From positions 1 through 64,000 of IMG/VR virus record IMGVR_UViG_3300036820_000011: a stretch of 64,000 nucleotides of DNA, one strand, 5' to 3'. This DNA comes from a virus. Below are positions 25,362-35,053 of this stretch, piece by piece. The position numbers and the translations under genes were made by a program. The first letter of the stretch is position 1. Every line of letters starts with the position of its first letter. Under the pieces are notes generated by a model. It saw only the letters and a list, made by a program, of their open reading frames with translations, was not told where the DNA came from and did not search any database.

Positions 25362-27484
25362 ATCCCGAAGACGTTGGTGTTGAACAGGCCGTTAGTGGCG
25401 CTGTTGAAGATGAACACGTTGGCCGGGTTGTTGTACAGGGGGTCCTCGTTCTGCTGCTCACAGGCGAGCACCACGGCATGGACCGGCGGGACCCCGAGCT
25501 GGTTCATGCGCTGGATCGTGTGGGCGACGTTCTCCACGTAGTAGGTGTTGTCGGAGCCCAGCTCGTCGTTCTGAATGGCCACCAGATCGGAGATCGTCCG
25601 GCTGATGACGTGGGTGTAGTGGCCCGGGTCGCCGCTCACCAGCCGCATGGAGATCGTCGGCACCCGCTGCGCGTACCGGCGGACGATCAGTTCGGCGATG
25701 GCCTGGGCATCCCACAGCCCGGCCCACGGGCACGGGTTCTGGTAGTCCTGCTCGCCGTGTTCACCGATGCTGGTCAGGTCCTGGTAGACCACATTCAGGG
25801 TCTCGGTGACCGGGATCGGGTAGGCCTGCAACTGGAGTCCGGACAACTGGACGACCGACCCGGTCGCCGTATAGGTGATACTGACCGCTGCACCGGATGT
25901 CTGGCTCAGGCTCACCGCCACGGTACCTGACCCGATCACGGTGTAGTCGACTCCCAGTTGCGGCACGACGGCTCCGGTGAACGGGTCGGACGTGGTGACG
26001 ATGAGCACGTACGGCGTTCCCGGGGTGACCGTGATCGTGTCGGTAGACGACCAGACCGGGCCGAGGACCCCGGTCGGGGCCCGCTGGGTCACGCTGAACT
26101 GCACACTGTTCAGGATGGCCAGCCAGCCGTGGTCGTAGGTGAACGGTGGCGTGAAGGTCAGTGCCGTGACCGGCGGGGTTCCGCAGCCGGGCGGGTCCGT
26201 GATCTCGGGTGTGTAGAAGGAGCCCTGCACGTTCTGGCTCGCCGCGTACAGCGCCCGGTGGCTGCGGTCCCGGAAGGTGAAGGTCCCGTCGGGGGCCACG
26301 TAGGCGATCGACGGCGGTCCCTCGGACTGGATGATGTCGTTGATCGCGTTCCCGGCCGCGTAGGCGCTCAGCCACCAGTACGGGAGGTAGCTGACTCCCG
26401 GGTCGATCGACGTCGGACCCGTCCAGCCGACGGCGTCCAGTATGTAGTTGATCGCGTCCCCGGTCCGCAGTCCGGTGTAGAGCGGTGTCGTAATCAGGTT
26501 GTTGGTCCAGAACTGCTCGTCGTCGCTGACCGTGAAGTCGACGGTGCGGTTGCCCCAGTCGACGTTCACCGTGTAGTTGTTGATCCGGCCGTGCAGGATG
26601 TCCGTGGTCGCACCGTTCCAGGTGGTCTGCAGGGACACAGTGCGGGCAGCGTCCAGGTTGCCGTACAGCGGGGAGTCGGACCGCTCGGGGGAGTAGGTCC
26701 GGGCGGTGTTGTTCAGCGAGAACGCACCCTGCCCGAGAGAGGCCGGAGTGGTCTGGCGGTAGGTGTCCCGGCCGTAGCTGTAGGTGATCCCGCCGCTGAG
26801 CAGGTCCGGCAGGGCGAAGTCGAGTGGCGGGACCGAGTTCATGTTCTCGGCCCCGGTGGGGTCCATGAGCATGAGCCCGTAGACATAGAAGACGTTGGAC
26901 GGTCCCGGCGTACCGCTGGCGCGGGCGTACACCTCGGCCTGGGAGGAGGACGACGGCGCGGTCAGTGGCGCGGTCAGCCGGGTCCATTGCCCGGCCGGAA
27001 TCGCCGTGCTGCTCCCGGCACTCCCGGACAAGAGCGTTCCGGACGAGTTGTACCAGTTGGTTCCTACCTGGATGCCTGCCGCCCACCCGCCGGGAGAGTA
27101 GACCCAGCAGTCGCCGGTGTAGGAGTTGGAGGGGACGATCGTACCGGTTGCCGTGTGTACTGCTCCGTTGACCCCGCAGGTACTGAACCCGCCGGTCGGC
27201 AGGACTTCGATGCACGGCACGGCGGGCTGCGTCGGAGCATTCTTCACCCAGTTGATTGAGCACTGGAAGGACTGCCAGCCGGAGGCGTCGAACAGCATGT
27301 AGGGATTGGCAGTGAGCACGTTCCCGGCGGCGGTGAACCCGGCCTGCTCCCAGTCGATGCCGAGCACGTAGGTCGGCATCGCGGAGGCGTTGCACAGGTT
27401 CCACTGCGGGACCAGGTACGGAGTCCCGCCCAGTACGGTCCCGGTGGCAGTGGCGACTCCGGGATGGGCGGTCGTGGACGGCAT
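25358..27484 (-). CDS. Minor tail (hub-like) protein with carbohydrate-binding module
   Basis: Follows tape measure; CBM-like W..L motifs; GR.....G...F.LNN..R.YSP; G.F.FRDR. Confidence 0.75.
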   Translation of the reverse strand: MPSTTAHPGVATATGTVLGGTPYLVPQWNLCNASAMPTYVLGIDWEQAGFTAAGNVLTANPYMLFDASGWQSFQCSINWVKNAPTQPAVPCIEVLPTGGFSTCGVNGAVHTATGTIVPSNSYTGDCWVYSPGGWAAGIQVGTNWYNSSGTLLSGSAGSSTAIPAGQWTRLTAPLTAPSSSSQAEVYARASGTPGPSNVFYVYGLMLMDPTGAENMNSVPPLDFALPDLLSGGITYSYGRDTYRQTTPASLGQGAFSLNNTARTYSPERSDSPLYGNLDAARTVSLQTTWNGATTDILHGRINNYTVNVDWGNRTVDFTVSDDEQFWTNNLITTPLYTGLRTGDAINYILDAVGWTGPTSIDPGVSYLPYWWLSAYAAGNAINDIIQSEGPPSIAYVAPDGTFTFRDRSHRALYAASQNVQGSFYTPEITDPPGCGTPPVTALTFTPPFTYDHGWLAILNSVQFSVTQRAPTGVLGPVWSSTDTITVTPGTPYVLIVTTSDPFTGAVVPQLGVDYTVIGSGTVAVSLSQTSGAAVSITYTATGSVVQLSGLQLQAYPIPVTETLNVVYQDLTSIGEHGEQDYQNPCPWAGLWDAQAIAELIVRRYAQRVPTISMRLVSGDPGHYTHVISRTISDLVAIQNDELGSDNTYYVENVAHTIQRMNQLGVPPVHAVVLACEQQNEDPLYNNPANVFIFNSATNGLFNTNVFGM

Positions 27485-27485
27485 G

Positions 27486-30400
27486 TCAGACCCCCGGGAT
27501 CAGGCCACGGAGGCGGCCGTGCTGCTTGGCGTCCTGGAGCGCGGAGATCAGCCAGTTCTGCAGCTCGTGCCTGCTGCCGACCGGTCCGTGGAAGTGGGCG
27601 TGCACGTGCAGTTCCCCGCCGCCCGCCGACTGCCCGGGGCCGAGCACCCGCTCCGGCCGCCCGGTGCCGTTGTTGGCGATCGAGCGGCCGACGGGGAGGT
27701 AGCCGCCGGAGTCGTACCAGTTGTTGCTGTTCCCGGTCAGCATCGGCTGACGGTCCTGGCGCATGGTCCACGAGCCGAGTTCCGTGGTTGCGCACCACAC
27801 GGACTCGGTCCCCGCGTCCCCGGTCCGGATGCTCTCACCGCCCAGGAACGGCTTCGCCTCCCGGATGGCCACACCGGTCCGAGGAGTTGTGCAGCCCAGA
27901 TTGCTCCGGCCGCTGCGCTTCCACTCGGTCATGGCAGGGCGCTTCCCGCTGAGGTAGACCGCCAGGACGATGGCGTCCTGCTGCGCACCGTCCGCCTGCG
28001 AGTAGCTCTTCCCCCCGGAGTAGTGGCCCTTCCCCAGAATCGGCCCTTCCTGGATCTTCGTCACGCCTTCCGCCCCGAACACCCCGCGTAGGAAGGCTTC
28101 CCGCTGCGGCTCGGACAGCGATAGGACGAAGGGGACCGGATCGGCATGGTCGTACCCACTGCGCCTGAGCAGTTCCGCCGACCACGGCCGGTGAAACTCC
28201 CAGGTGGTCAACGGGAGTCCCGGCTCCCCACTGGGCTTTGTCATCGGGCGCACGGTACGGGTGAACGGGAGTCCGGACACCAGCGACTCGATCGCCTTCA
28301 CGTGTTCCGGCTTGGACTGACCGAGCCGAATGGACGGCCGGGACCCGCGAAGGGTCCGCCAGTGCGTGCTGTTCGGCGTACGACTCTTGGGCTTGATCAC
28401 CCAGCCGTCGCCCAGGACCCATCCCAGCAGCTCGGCTTCCTGCAAACTGACCGAGGCGTTTTCACCGACATCCGACGGTGCGGCGAGTCGAAGGGTGTGC
28501 CGAGTGGTGATCTTCTGTGCTTCCACGAAGACGTCATCAGTCCGGAATTCGTTCTTGGTGCGTCCGCCAACACCCTTCCGGCCGACGTGCTTGCGGTGGA
28601 CCGCCACCCATCGGTGGTGCGGAGTGCACACCGCGTGCCATGTCTTGTTGGTGAGTCGGACCACTGGGACGTCATCATACCGGTGAATGTCCGTGACCCG
28701 GGTCCACTCATTGCGTTCGGTCCCGGGGTTGTACCCGACCGTCATGTCTCCGATCTGGACGTTCTCGTAGGTCAGCCATCCGCGCTGTGTCAGAATCTCT
28801 ACACTCAACGGTACGCACATCTCGTGGGACCAGGCAGCACCCGGAGAGCCGTACCTCCCGGCGATGTAGCCCAGGCCCCAGCGGATCTGGGTCTGGTAGT
28901 TGCTGTGCCAGTCGGGTCCGGCGGATGCCATCTTGTCGGCCGGAAGCGCCTGAGGAATCCCGTAGGCCCCACTGGATGCATTGAGTGCGTTCCAGCGCCA
29001 ACCGCTTTCCTGGTTCCACAGCTTGATCAGCGGGCCCATCTGGTTGCTGCTCCAGTAGTACCGGCCGAGCAGGCTCTGGGCGTAGTTCTGCGCCGCGCCT
29101 GCCGCGACGCCGGAGAAGCCGCCGTTGTTGTTAAGTCCGGAGTTGGCCGATGCGGCTGCGGTGACCGCCGCGTAGATGCTGGCCGCGTTGCTCTGGGAGA
29201 ACGCCTGCGTCCACGCGGCGATATCCCGGGTCACCGTGTTCGAGGTCGGCTCGGTCACGTGGACGCCGACCGCGCCGCCGACGGAGAACTTGCCGATCCT
29301 CCCGGCCTTCACCATCTGGCGCAGGGTCAGCATGGCCTGCTGACCGCCGAGCGCGTTGACCTCGTCCGCCGTCCAGACGTGCTCGCCCTTCGAGAGCCAG
29401 GTTAGGTTCGAGTCGGAGGTGGCCGTGCCGATCCCGCCGACAGGCCCGCCGAACGCCAGGCCGGGCAACCCTTTCTTGTTGCCCGCCGTCGCCGCGTTGT
29501 TGAAATCGACGGAGAGGTTGACTGTCTTGTTCTGGATTCCGCCCAGCGAGGCGTTGACCGATGCCCGGAAGTTGTCGAACGCCTTCTCGGCGGACTTGAG
29601 CTTGCCGCCGACTCCGGGCACCCAGCCGAGCATGTCGGACGCACCGTGGAGTACGTCGCCGACCATGGTCATGAAGCCGTTGACGATGAACCGCAGCGCA
29701 GGCTCGATGCCGTTGGTCCACAGCCACATGAACGCTGATTCGATCGGGTGGATCACGTCGTTGAACAGGAAGTTGTATGCCCCCAGGGCAGCGCTCTGAA
29801 TGACGTGCCATGCGCTGACAAAGAAATTGACGAACGGCCCGGCAAACCAGTTACCGATATTCAGGAAGAAATTGACGAACGGCCCGGTGAACCACCGTCC
29901 AATACTCAGGAAGAACCCGACAAAGGGACCGGTGAACCAGTTACCAATACTCAGAAAGAAATTGACAAAAGGTCCCGTGAACCATCTTCCGATATTCAGA
30001 AAGAAATTGACAAAAGGTCCTGTGAACCAACGACCGATGTCCAGGAAGAACCCGACGAAGGGACCGGTGAACCAGTTCCCGATACTCAGGAAGAATCCGA
30101 CGAAGGGTCCCGTGAACCATCTTCCGATATCGATGAAGAAGTTCACGAAAGGACCGCTGAACCAGCGGCCGATATCCAGGAAGAAGTTGACGAACGGCCC
30201 CGCGAACCAGTTGCCGATGTCAATGAAGAAGTTGACGAAGGGCCCGGCGAACCATTCGCCGATGCTCTCCATGATTGACCTGAACAACTGGCTGTGGGTC
30301 CACGCATACGCGAATCCTGCCGCCAGGGCGGTAAGCCCGAGCACCACCAACATGATCGGGTTGGCGTCCATGACAAGATCCAGCGCGCCTTGGGCGATCG

Positions 30401-32300
30401 TCTGCAACTTGGTCGCCACTGTAACGATCCCGCACCACAGATTGTAGATCTTGAGGGCGATCCCACCAGCGATCATTTGGATATTGAGCAGTAGCAGGCC
30501 CGCAGTAAACACACCGATGGTGATGGCCAGCGAAGTGATCAGCGTCTTGTTCTGGGCCAGAAAACCAGTGAGCCCCCGGAACGCCGGACCGATCACATTG
30601 TTCAGGGTCACGCCTACCAAGGACAGTGCCGGGCCGAGAACATCTCCCACCAACTGCGCCAGCGGGGAGATCATCTGAAGCAGCGGGTTGATGAAGATCG
30701 TCAGATTCCGGAACGAGGGGATCACAGTGTTGTCGATGAAATTCGCGGCGATCTTGAACGCACCGGTCACGATCGGCATACCGACCGAGACGACAGTCTG
30801 AATCACGCCGAGCACGTTGGAGAAGACACCCCCCACGGCTGGGAGCCCCTTGGTCACGATCTCTTTGATCACCGTGACACCGGTGGACATGATCGACTCT
30901 ACGCCTTTGAACGCTATGGACGCGATGGAGCCAATCGAGGCGAACGAGGAGCTGAACTCCTTCGTCAGCTGTGAACCCATGCTTGCCGCCGGATTGGCCA
31001 CCGATGTCGTCGGCATGAGGGACTTGTTGACCCCGCCCCGGTTCAGGGTCATGGCCGGAGCCATCTGCGCTTTGGTCGTCGTCCCGAAATTGCTCTTGAA
31101 AAACCCCCCCATGACCTGGGTCAGGGTGTTGAGCCCGGACTGGATCGCCTTGGTGGGGATCATGTTGACCATGGCAGTGGTGACCCGGCTCGCGGAGGGG
31201 ATCAGGGTCGTGTTCAGGAAGGTCACGAACGCGGTGACCGGCGGGAGCAGCGCCTCACCGACCTTGATCCCGAAGTCCTCCAGATTGGTCTTCATCATCG
31301 CGAACTGAGCCGACAAGGTCTTCTGCTGCGCGGCCACAGCGGCGGGCAGGTCTCCAGCAGTCTTGTTGATCTGCACTAGCTTGCCCTGGAGCACACTGTA
31401 GTTCTGGACCAAGGCCTCGATGGTCGAGGCCGACTTACCGCCGCCGAACGCCTTGGACAACAGGATGCCCTGCTGGGACAAGGACAGGCCCGACTTGTCC
31501 AGTGCCGCCTTCAGCAGGCCGATGGTGCCGACCAGCCCGGCGGGGGAGCGCATCTCGTTCGCCATCTGTAGCCCGGTCAGGCCGATCGTGGCCAGCTGCT
31601 TGGCCGCTGTCGCCGACGGAGCGGCCAATAGCGAGAATGAGGTCTTGAGCCGGGTGGCCGCCTCCTCCGCCCCCTGGCCGGAGTCGGTCATCAGCGCCAG
31701 GGCCGCACCTACCTGGTTGAGCCCGATACCGAAAGTTTTCGCCGCCGGAAGGATGCCTGTGCCGACTGCGCCGACGAATTCGGTCATGGTCATGTTGCCT
31801 GCGCCGATGATGGCGTTGACCGTCCCGGCCGCTTCACCGAAGGTCTGTGCACCCTTGATGCCGGAGCGCCAGGCACCGGCCAGAGCGTTGGTCGTCGCCT
31901 CCAGGTTCGACCCGCCGACCGAGGCCAGGTCGGATGCGACCTTCAGGTCCTTCATCGCCGTAGTGTTGTCGAGTCCGACCGACTTGAGGTGGTAGAGCGC
32001 TTCGGCCAGCTGGTCGGGCCCCTGTTGGGCCGTGGACAGATTCAGCACCGCGTTGCTCAGCACCTTGACGTCGGCCGCCGACCCGCCCGCCTGAGTCTGG
32101 ATCTTCAGCATGGCGTTGTTGAAATCGTTGGCCATGTGCACGGTGACGGCCGCTGCCGCACCGACGGCCAGCACGGCGGTGGCGGCCCCGGCCAGGCCGA
32201 TGCCCACCTTCCCCAGGGACGTCTCGGCGTCGGCGGTGTCCGCCGTGATCGCGATGTAGCCGATCCCGAGCAGGGTCCCCTTGCCGATGCCGAGCGCCAT
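27486..32300 (-). CDS. Tape measure protein with SLT lytic transglycosylase domain and intein
   Basis: 1604 aa Ala/Gly-rich with W/F repeats; LWNQESGW...A.N.SSGAYGIPQ...QIRWGL.YI.GRYGSP. Confidence 0.93.
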   Translation of the reverse strand: MALGIGKGTLLGIGYIAITADTADAETSLGKVGIGLAGAATAVLAVGAAAAVTVHMANDFNNAMLKIQTQAGGSAADVKVLSNAVLNLSTAQQGPDQLAEALYHLKSVGLDNTTAMKDLKVASDLASVGGSNLEATTNALAGAWRSGIKGAQTFGEAAGTVNAIIGAGNMTMTEFVGAVGTGILPAAKTFGIGLNQVGAALALMTDSGQGAEEAATRLKTSFSLLAAPSATAAKQLATIGLTGLQMANEMRSPAGLVGTIGLLKAALDKSGLSLSQQGILLSKAFGGGKSASTIEALVQNYSVLQGKLVQINKTAGDLPAAVAAQQKTLSAQFAMMKTNLEDFGIKVGEALLPPVTAFVTFLNTTLIPSASRVTTAMVNMIPTKAIQSGLNTLTQVMGGFFKSNFGTTTKAQMAPAMTLNRGGVNKSLMPTTSVANPAASMGSQLTKEFSSSFASIGSIASIAFKGVESIMSTGVTVIKEIVTKGLPAVGGVFSNVLGVIQTVVSVGMPIVTGAFKIAANFIDNTVIPSFRNLTIFINPLLQMISPLAQLVGDVLGPALSLVGVTLNNVIGPAFRGLTGFLAQNKTLITSLAITIGVFTAGLLLLNIQMIAGGIALKIYNLWCGIVTVATKLQTIAQGALDLVMDANPIMLVVLGLTALAAGFAYAWTHSQLFRSIMESIGEWFAGPFVNFFIDIGNWFAGPFVNFFLDIGRWFSGPFVNFFIDIGRWFTGPFVGFFLSIGNWFTGPFVGFFLDIGRWFTGPFVNFFLNIGRWFTGPFVNFFLSIGNWFTGPFVGFFLSIGRWFTGPFVNFFLNIGNWFAGPFVNFFVSAWHVIQSAALGAYNFLFNDVIHPIESAFMWLWTNGIEPALRFIVNGFMTMVGDVLHGASDMLGWVPGVGGKLKSAEKAFDNFRASVNASLGGIQNKTVNLSVDFNNAATAGNKKGLPGLAFGGPVGGIGTATSDSNLTWLSKGEHVWTADEVNALGGQQAMLTLRQMVKAGRIGKFSVGGAVGVHVTEPTSNTVTRDIAAWTQAFSQSNAASIYAAVTAAASANSGLNNNGGFSGVAAGAAQNYAQSLLGRYYWSSNQMGPLIKLWNQESGWRWNALNASSGAYGIPQALPADKMASAGPDWHSNYQTQIRWGLGYIAGRYGSPGAAWSHEMCVPLSVEILTQRGWLTYENVQIGDMTVGYNPGTERNEWTRVTDIHRYDDVPVVRLTNKTWHAVCTPHHRWVAVHRKHVGRKGVGGRTKNEFRTDDVFVEAQKITTRHTLRLAAPSDVGENASVSLQEAELLGWVLGDGWVIKPKSRTPNSTHWRTLRGSRPSIRLGQSKPEHVKAIESLVSGLPFTRTVRPMTKPSGEPGLPLTTWEFHRPWSAELLRRSGYDHADPVPFVLSLSEPQREAFLRGVFGAEGVTKIQEGPILGKGHYSGGKSYSQADGAQQDAIVLAVYLSGKRPAMTEWKRSGRSNLGCTTPRTGVAIREAKPFLGGESIRTGDAGTESVWCATTELGSWTMRQDRQPMLTGNSNNWYDSGGYLPVGRSIANNGTGRPERVLGPGQSAGGGELHVHAHFHGPVGSRHELQNWLISALQDAKQHGRLRGLIPGV
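27729..28817 (-). mobile_element. Intein with LAGLIDADG homing endonuclease (363 aa) in tape measure
   Basis: C-VPLSVEILTQRGW...CTPHHRW...LLGWVLGDG...FLRGVFGAEG...VWC.TT..G.W...TGN|S. Confidence 0.9.
29813..30263 (-). repeat. 10 x 45-bp (15-aa) tandem repeat in tape measure
   Basis: IG[RNE]WF[TAS]GPFV[NG]FF[LIV][DSN] x10. Confidence 0.9.
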
Positions 32301-32312
32301 CAGTCCACCGTC

Positions 32313-32690
32313 CTAGTCGAGCACGACGCCCATGGACGCCAGGAAGGAGTCGGACGCCTCCTCGTCGGAGACCCACCACGCCGGAGCGCTCGGGTCGCGC
32401 GTGTCGGCCTTCTGCTCCTGCTCCCGGCTGATCCGCCACACCGACACGGAGAGGCTGTTGTCAAACTCCTGGTGTACCGCGTCCAAGGTCTTCCCCTCCT
32501 CCGCCGACAGGCCCTCTTTGATCGTGAAGTAGACGACGTTCAGGAAGCGGTCGAAGGGGAGCTGACGGAGATCAACTCCAGCGGCGGAGTGCTTCCCGTC
32601 GAGCTGGTGCCAGATCCCGGGGCGGGTGGCCCATCCGAGGAGTTCCCGGATGGCGGCGTAGGGCGCAGCCCGTACTGCTCGAACAGCCAC
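32313..32690 (-). CDS. Tail assembly chaperone, frameshifted (GT-like) part
   Basis: Overlaps the upstream chaperone in the -1 frame; directly precedes tape measure. Confidence 0.65.
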   Translation of the reverse strand: MAVRAVRAAPYAAIRELLGWATRPGIWHQLDGKHSAAGVDLRQLPFDRFLNVVYFTIKEGLSAEEGKTLDAVHQEFDNSLSVSVWRISREQEQKADTRDPSAPAWWVSDEEASDSFLASMGVVLD

Positions 32691-32965
32691 CCGGAGACGT
32701 CGTCCAGCTGCTGCAGGTCGATGCCGTTGGTCTTGCTGGAGAGCCGGGCCACGAACCGCTGGTAGGAGACCGGCTCCAGGGTCAGTTCCAGCAGTTCGCG
32801 GTATGCCCCGTACTGCGCCTTGGTGTCGGCACCCGCCAGCTCCTGGAGCTTGACCGCAGCATCGATCAGGTCGTCAGCCGGGATGGTGTCGTACGCGGTG
32901 AACGTGTCGGGGTCGATCGTGAACTCGATCGGCTCCCGTGCCTTCGAGAAGTCCTTCTTCGCCAT
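32540..32965 (-). CDS. Tail assembly chaperone (G-like)
   Basis: KDF....IEFTID...WLFEQYG.RPT.PS, typical of actinophage TACs. Confidence 0.75.
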   Translation of the reverse strand: MAKKDFSKAREPIEFTIDPDTFTAYDTIPADDLIDAAVKLQELAGADTKAQYGAYRELLELTLEPVSYQRFVARLSSKTNGIDLQQLDDVSGWLFEQYGLRPTPPSGNSSDGPPAPGSGTSSTGSTPPLELISVSSPSTAS

Positions 32966-33007
32966 GCCGACCACGGTAGTTCCGAGTCGGTCATGATCCA
33001 CCCGGAG

Positions 33008-33394
33008 CTACATCCCGCCGATCGTCATCGCCTTCGCCATGAAAAAATTCGGATGCGTGCCTGGGTGGTTGACCCTCATCGCGAACACGGTGCCCCCGCC
33101 CATGACGAACCGCAGGGCTTTCTTGTTCGACGGCATGATCACGTGCGGCCGGGTGCCCTTGGACACGAAGATGATCGCCGGGTGGTCGCAGTACACCGTG
33201 ACCGTGGTCCCGGTCAGCACAGACCCGGCCACCGTCAGATGCACGTAGCTGCCCATGGTCCCCGGGGCCAGTTTCTTGGCGGCCTCCTCGATCCGCTTCC
33301 CGCGCTCCGCCAGGTTGCGCCCGACCTCCCCGGTCGGTGAGCGGAACATCTTCCGGATCGCCACCCGGTCCCAGTCGATCTTTATGTCAGCCAC
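33008..33394 (-). CDS. HK97 gp10-like tail/neck protein
   Basis: AK.LAP, GTRPH.I.P...KALRF......FA.RVNHPGT.PN.F. Confidence 0.75.
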   Translation of the reverse strand: MADIKIDWDRVAIRKMFRSPTGEVGRNLAERGKRIEEAAKKLAPGTMGSYVHLTVAGSVLTGTTVTVYCDHPAIIFVSKGTRPHVIMPSNKKALRFVMGGGTVFAMRVNHPGTHPNFFMAKAMTIGGM

Positions 33395-33902
33395 GGGGCA
33401 TCGCCACCGCCACGCGCAGTTCCACGCCGACACATCCGCCCTCGGGACCCTGCGGCGACACTGGACCGACCACGTAGTCCCAGATCGCGTCGTCGCCCTT
33501 GAGCTGGCACATCAGGTTCGTGGTCCCGGACAGCACGGCGTAGGCGTCCGACGCCAGGATCTGCGCCGCCGTCTGCTGCGCACCCTCGGACGGGTATATG
33601 GTGCTGCTCGCACCCGCGCTGGGTGAGGGGGCGCACCGGATGATCTGGATCACGATCTCCGTGCCCTCCATGACCGGCGGGCAGTTGCCGTACGGCAGTC
33701 CCTCCGGCTCCGGGAAGTCGTTGGTCAGGTACACACTGCCGACCGAGACGGCCAGCATGCCGCAGTCGCAGGCGTCCCAGGGGATCGTGCCGGGCACGAC
33801 GCAGGCTCGGTCCACATCCGAGGTGAGCAGGTCCTGGATGGTGGTCACCAGCGTGCTGGCGATGCTGTAGTACTTCATCGCCCCGTACAGCGGCAGCGTC
33901 AC
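33387..33902 (-). CDS. Putative tail terminator
   Basis: PWD.CDCG.L.V...IRC.P...PQGP.GGCVG; position in operon. Confidence 0.6.
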   Translation of the reverse strand: MTLPLYGAMKYYSIASTLVTTIQDLLTSDVDRACVVPGTIPWDACDCGMLAVSVGSVYLTNDFPEPEGLPYGNCPPVMEGTEIVIQIIRCAPSPSAGASSTIYPSEGAQQTAAQILASDAYAVLSGTTNLMCQLKGDDAIWDYVVGPVSPQGPEGGCVGVELRVAVAMPRG

Positions 33903-34705
33903 GTGTCGGTCCTCCGGACGAAGGGCCGGTCGATGTTGTAGACCCGGGCGCGGGCGGTGAGCCGGTTCGGGTTCTCCGCCGCCAGGAAAAGGTCGCACAG
34001 GTAGAGCCCGGTCCGGCCCTCGGTCAGGAGTTCGTTGATGTCCGGGAAAGTGATCGACACACCCTGCCGGACGAGCCCGGTCACTGTCGACGGCAGGCCG
34101 CAGGAGTCGTCCCCGGTCGCTGCCTTCAGGATCTCGTAGGCCAGTTCCCCGACCGCGAACTGCGCGCTGATCGGCACCGCGAGGCCCACGTCTGCGGTGA
34201 CCGACCAGGTGCCGACCTCGGTGGCCGCTTTCGTCAGGTCGTTGCAGCGGGGCCAGTGCTGGCCGTCGGTCCGCACCAGGATGCGGGTGTTGTCGATCCG
34301 GTAAGACGAGGACGGCAGGACCGCGCCGTCGACCAGTACCTGGGTGACGTCGGCGACCGGGGCCGGGAGGATCGTCTCGGAGACGTACGAGCACGAGCAG
34401 CTGTCGGAGTTGCAGCCGCCGCACATGAACGGGAACCAGTAGGCGAAGTCCCAGGCGGCCGACGCCAGCGGAGCGCCGTAGCTGGACCACGGGTAGGCGT
34501 ACGAGCCGCCCGGCCACATGTCGTAGCAGTCCTTGCGGCACGGCCGCCAGGTCACCTGGCAGGTGCCGAACCTCCGGCCGGACAGCGCCCACAGGAAGCG
34601 GGTGGCCGACTCGACCGCGTAGCCGGTGAGCACCGGTGAGAAGGTGCTGACGTCGGACGCCCAGTAGGGGGTCCAGCTGGAGCAGGGTCCCGCGTCGACC
34701 GTCAC
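33899..34705 (-). CDS. Head-to-tail adaptor
   Basis: LWALSGRRFG.C...RPC...WPRC.D...A.GELA.E...C.LP..V..L.RQGV. Confidence 0.8.
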   Translation of the reverse strand: MTVDAGPCSSWTPYWASDVSTFSPVLTGYAVESATRFLWALSGRRFGTCQVTWRPCRKDCYDMWPGGSYAYPWSSYGAPLASAAWDFAYWFPFMCGGCNSDSCSCSYVSETILPAPVADVTQVLVDGAVLPSSSYRIDNTRILVRTDGQHWPRCNDLTKAATEVGTWSVTADVGLAVPISAQFAVGELAYEILKAATGDDSCGLPSTVTGLVRQGVSITFPDINELLTEGRTGLYLCDLFLAAENPNRLTARARVYNIDRPFVRRTDT

Positions 34706-34714
34706 AGCCGCCTC

Positions 34715-35053
34715 CTAGATCTCCGGTACCGCGCCGACGGGGAGCTGCACGGTGAACTGGATCGGCACCGAGGCGTAGCGCTGGGTCCCGTTCCCGCACC
34801 ACAGGTACGCCGTGTACCGGCCCGCCGTGGCGAACTCCGCCCCGGTCCAGATGTAGGTGACGACGCCGTTGGTGGGATCGCTCACTGAGGCGCTGCCGCC
34901 GAACGGTGAGCCGTCGTGCTCCTGGCAGGAGAAGTCGGCCTGGTACCCGAACAGGTCGATGGCCGCCCCGGTCGAGTCCAGGAAGGTGTAGCTCAGCGGC
35001 GGCGGGATCTCACCGAGGGTGTAGGGCGTACTGATCACGACAGCGTTGCTCAC
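34715..35053 (-). CDS. BppU-N/Ig-like structural protein
   Basis: D.TG.AIDL.G.....D..NG.V.Y.W....A.AG.Y. Confidence 0.6.
   Translation of the reverse strand: MSNAVVISTPYTLGEIPPPLSYTFLDSTGAAIDLFGYQADFSCQEHDGSPFGGSASVSDPTNGVVTYIWTGAEFATAGRYTAYLWCGNGTQRYASVPIQFTVQLPVGAVPEI

Noticed and set aside
23787-27484. Diversity-generating retroelement acting on tail genes
   Set aside because: No reverse transcriptase and no TR/VR repeat pair were seen in the window.
29748-30447. Plus-strand repetitive ORFs (176 and 215 aa)
   Set aside because: Antisense readings of the tape-measure 45-bp repeat.
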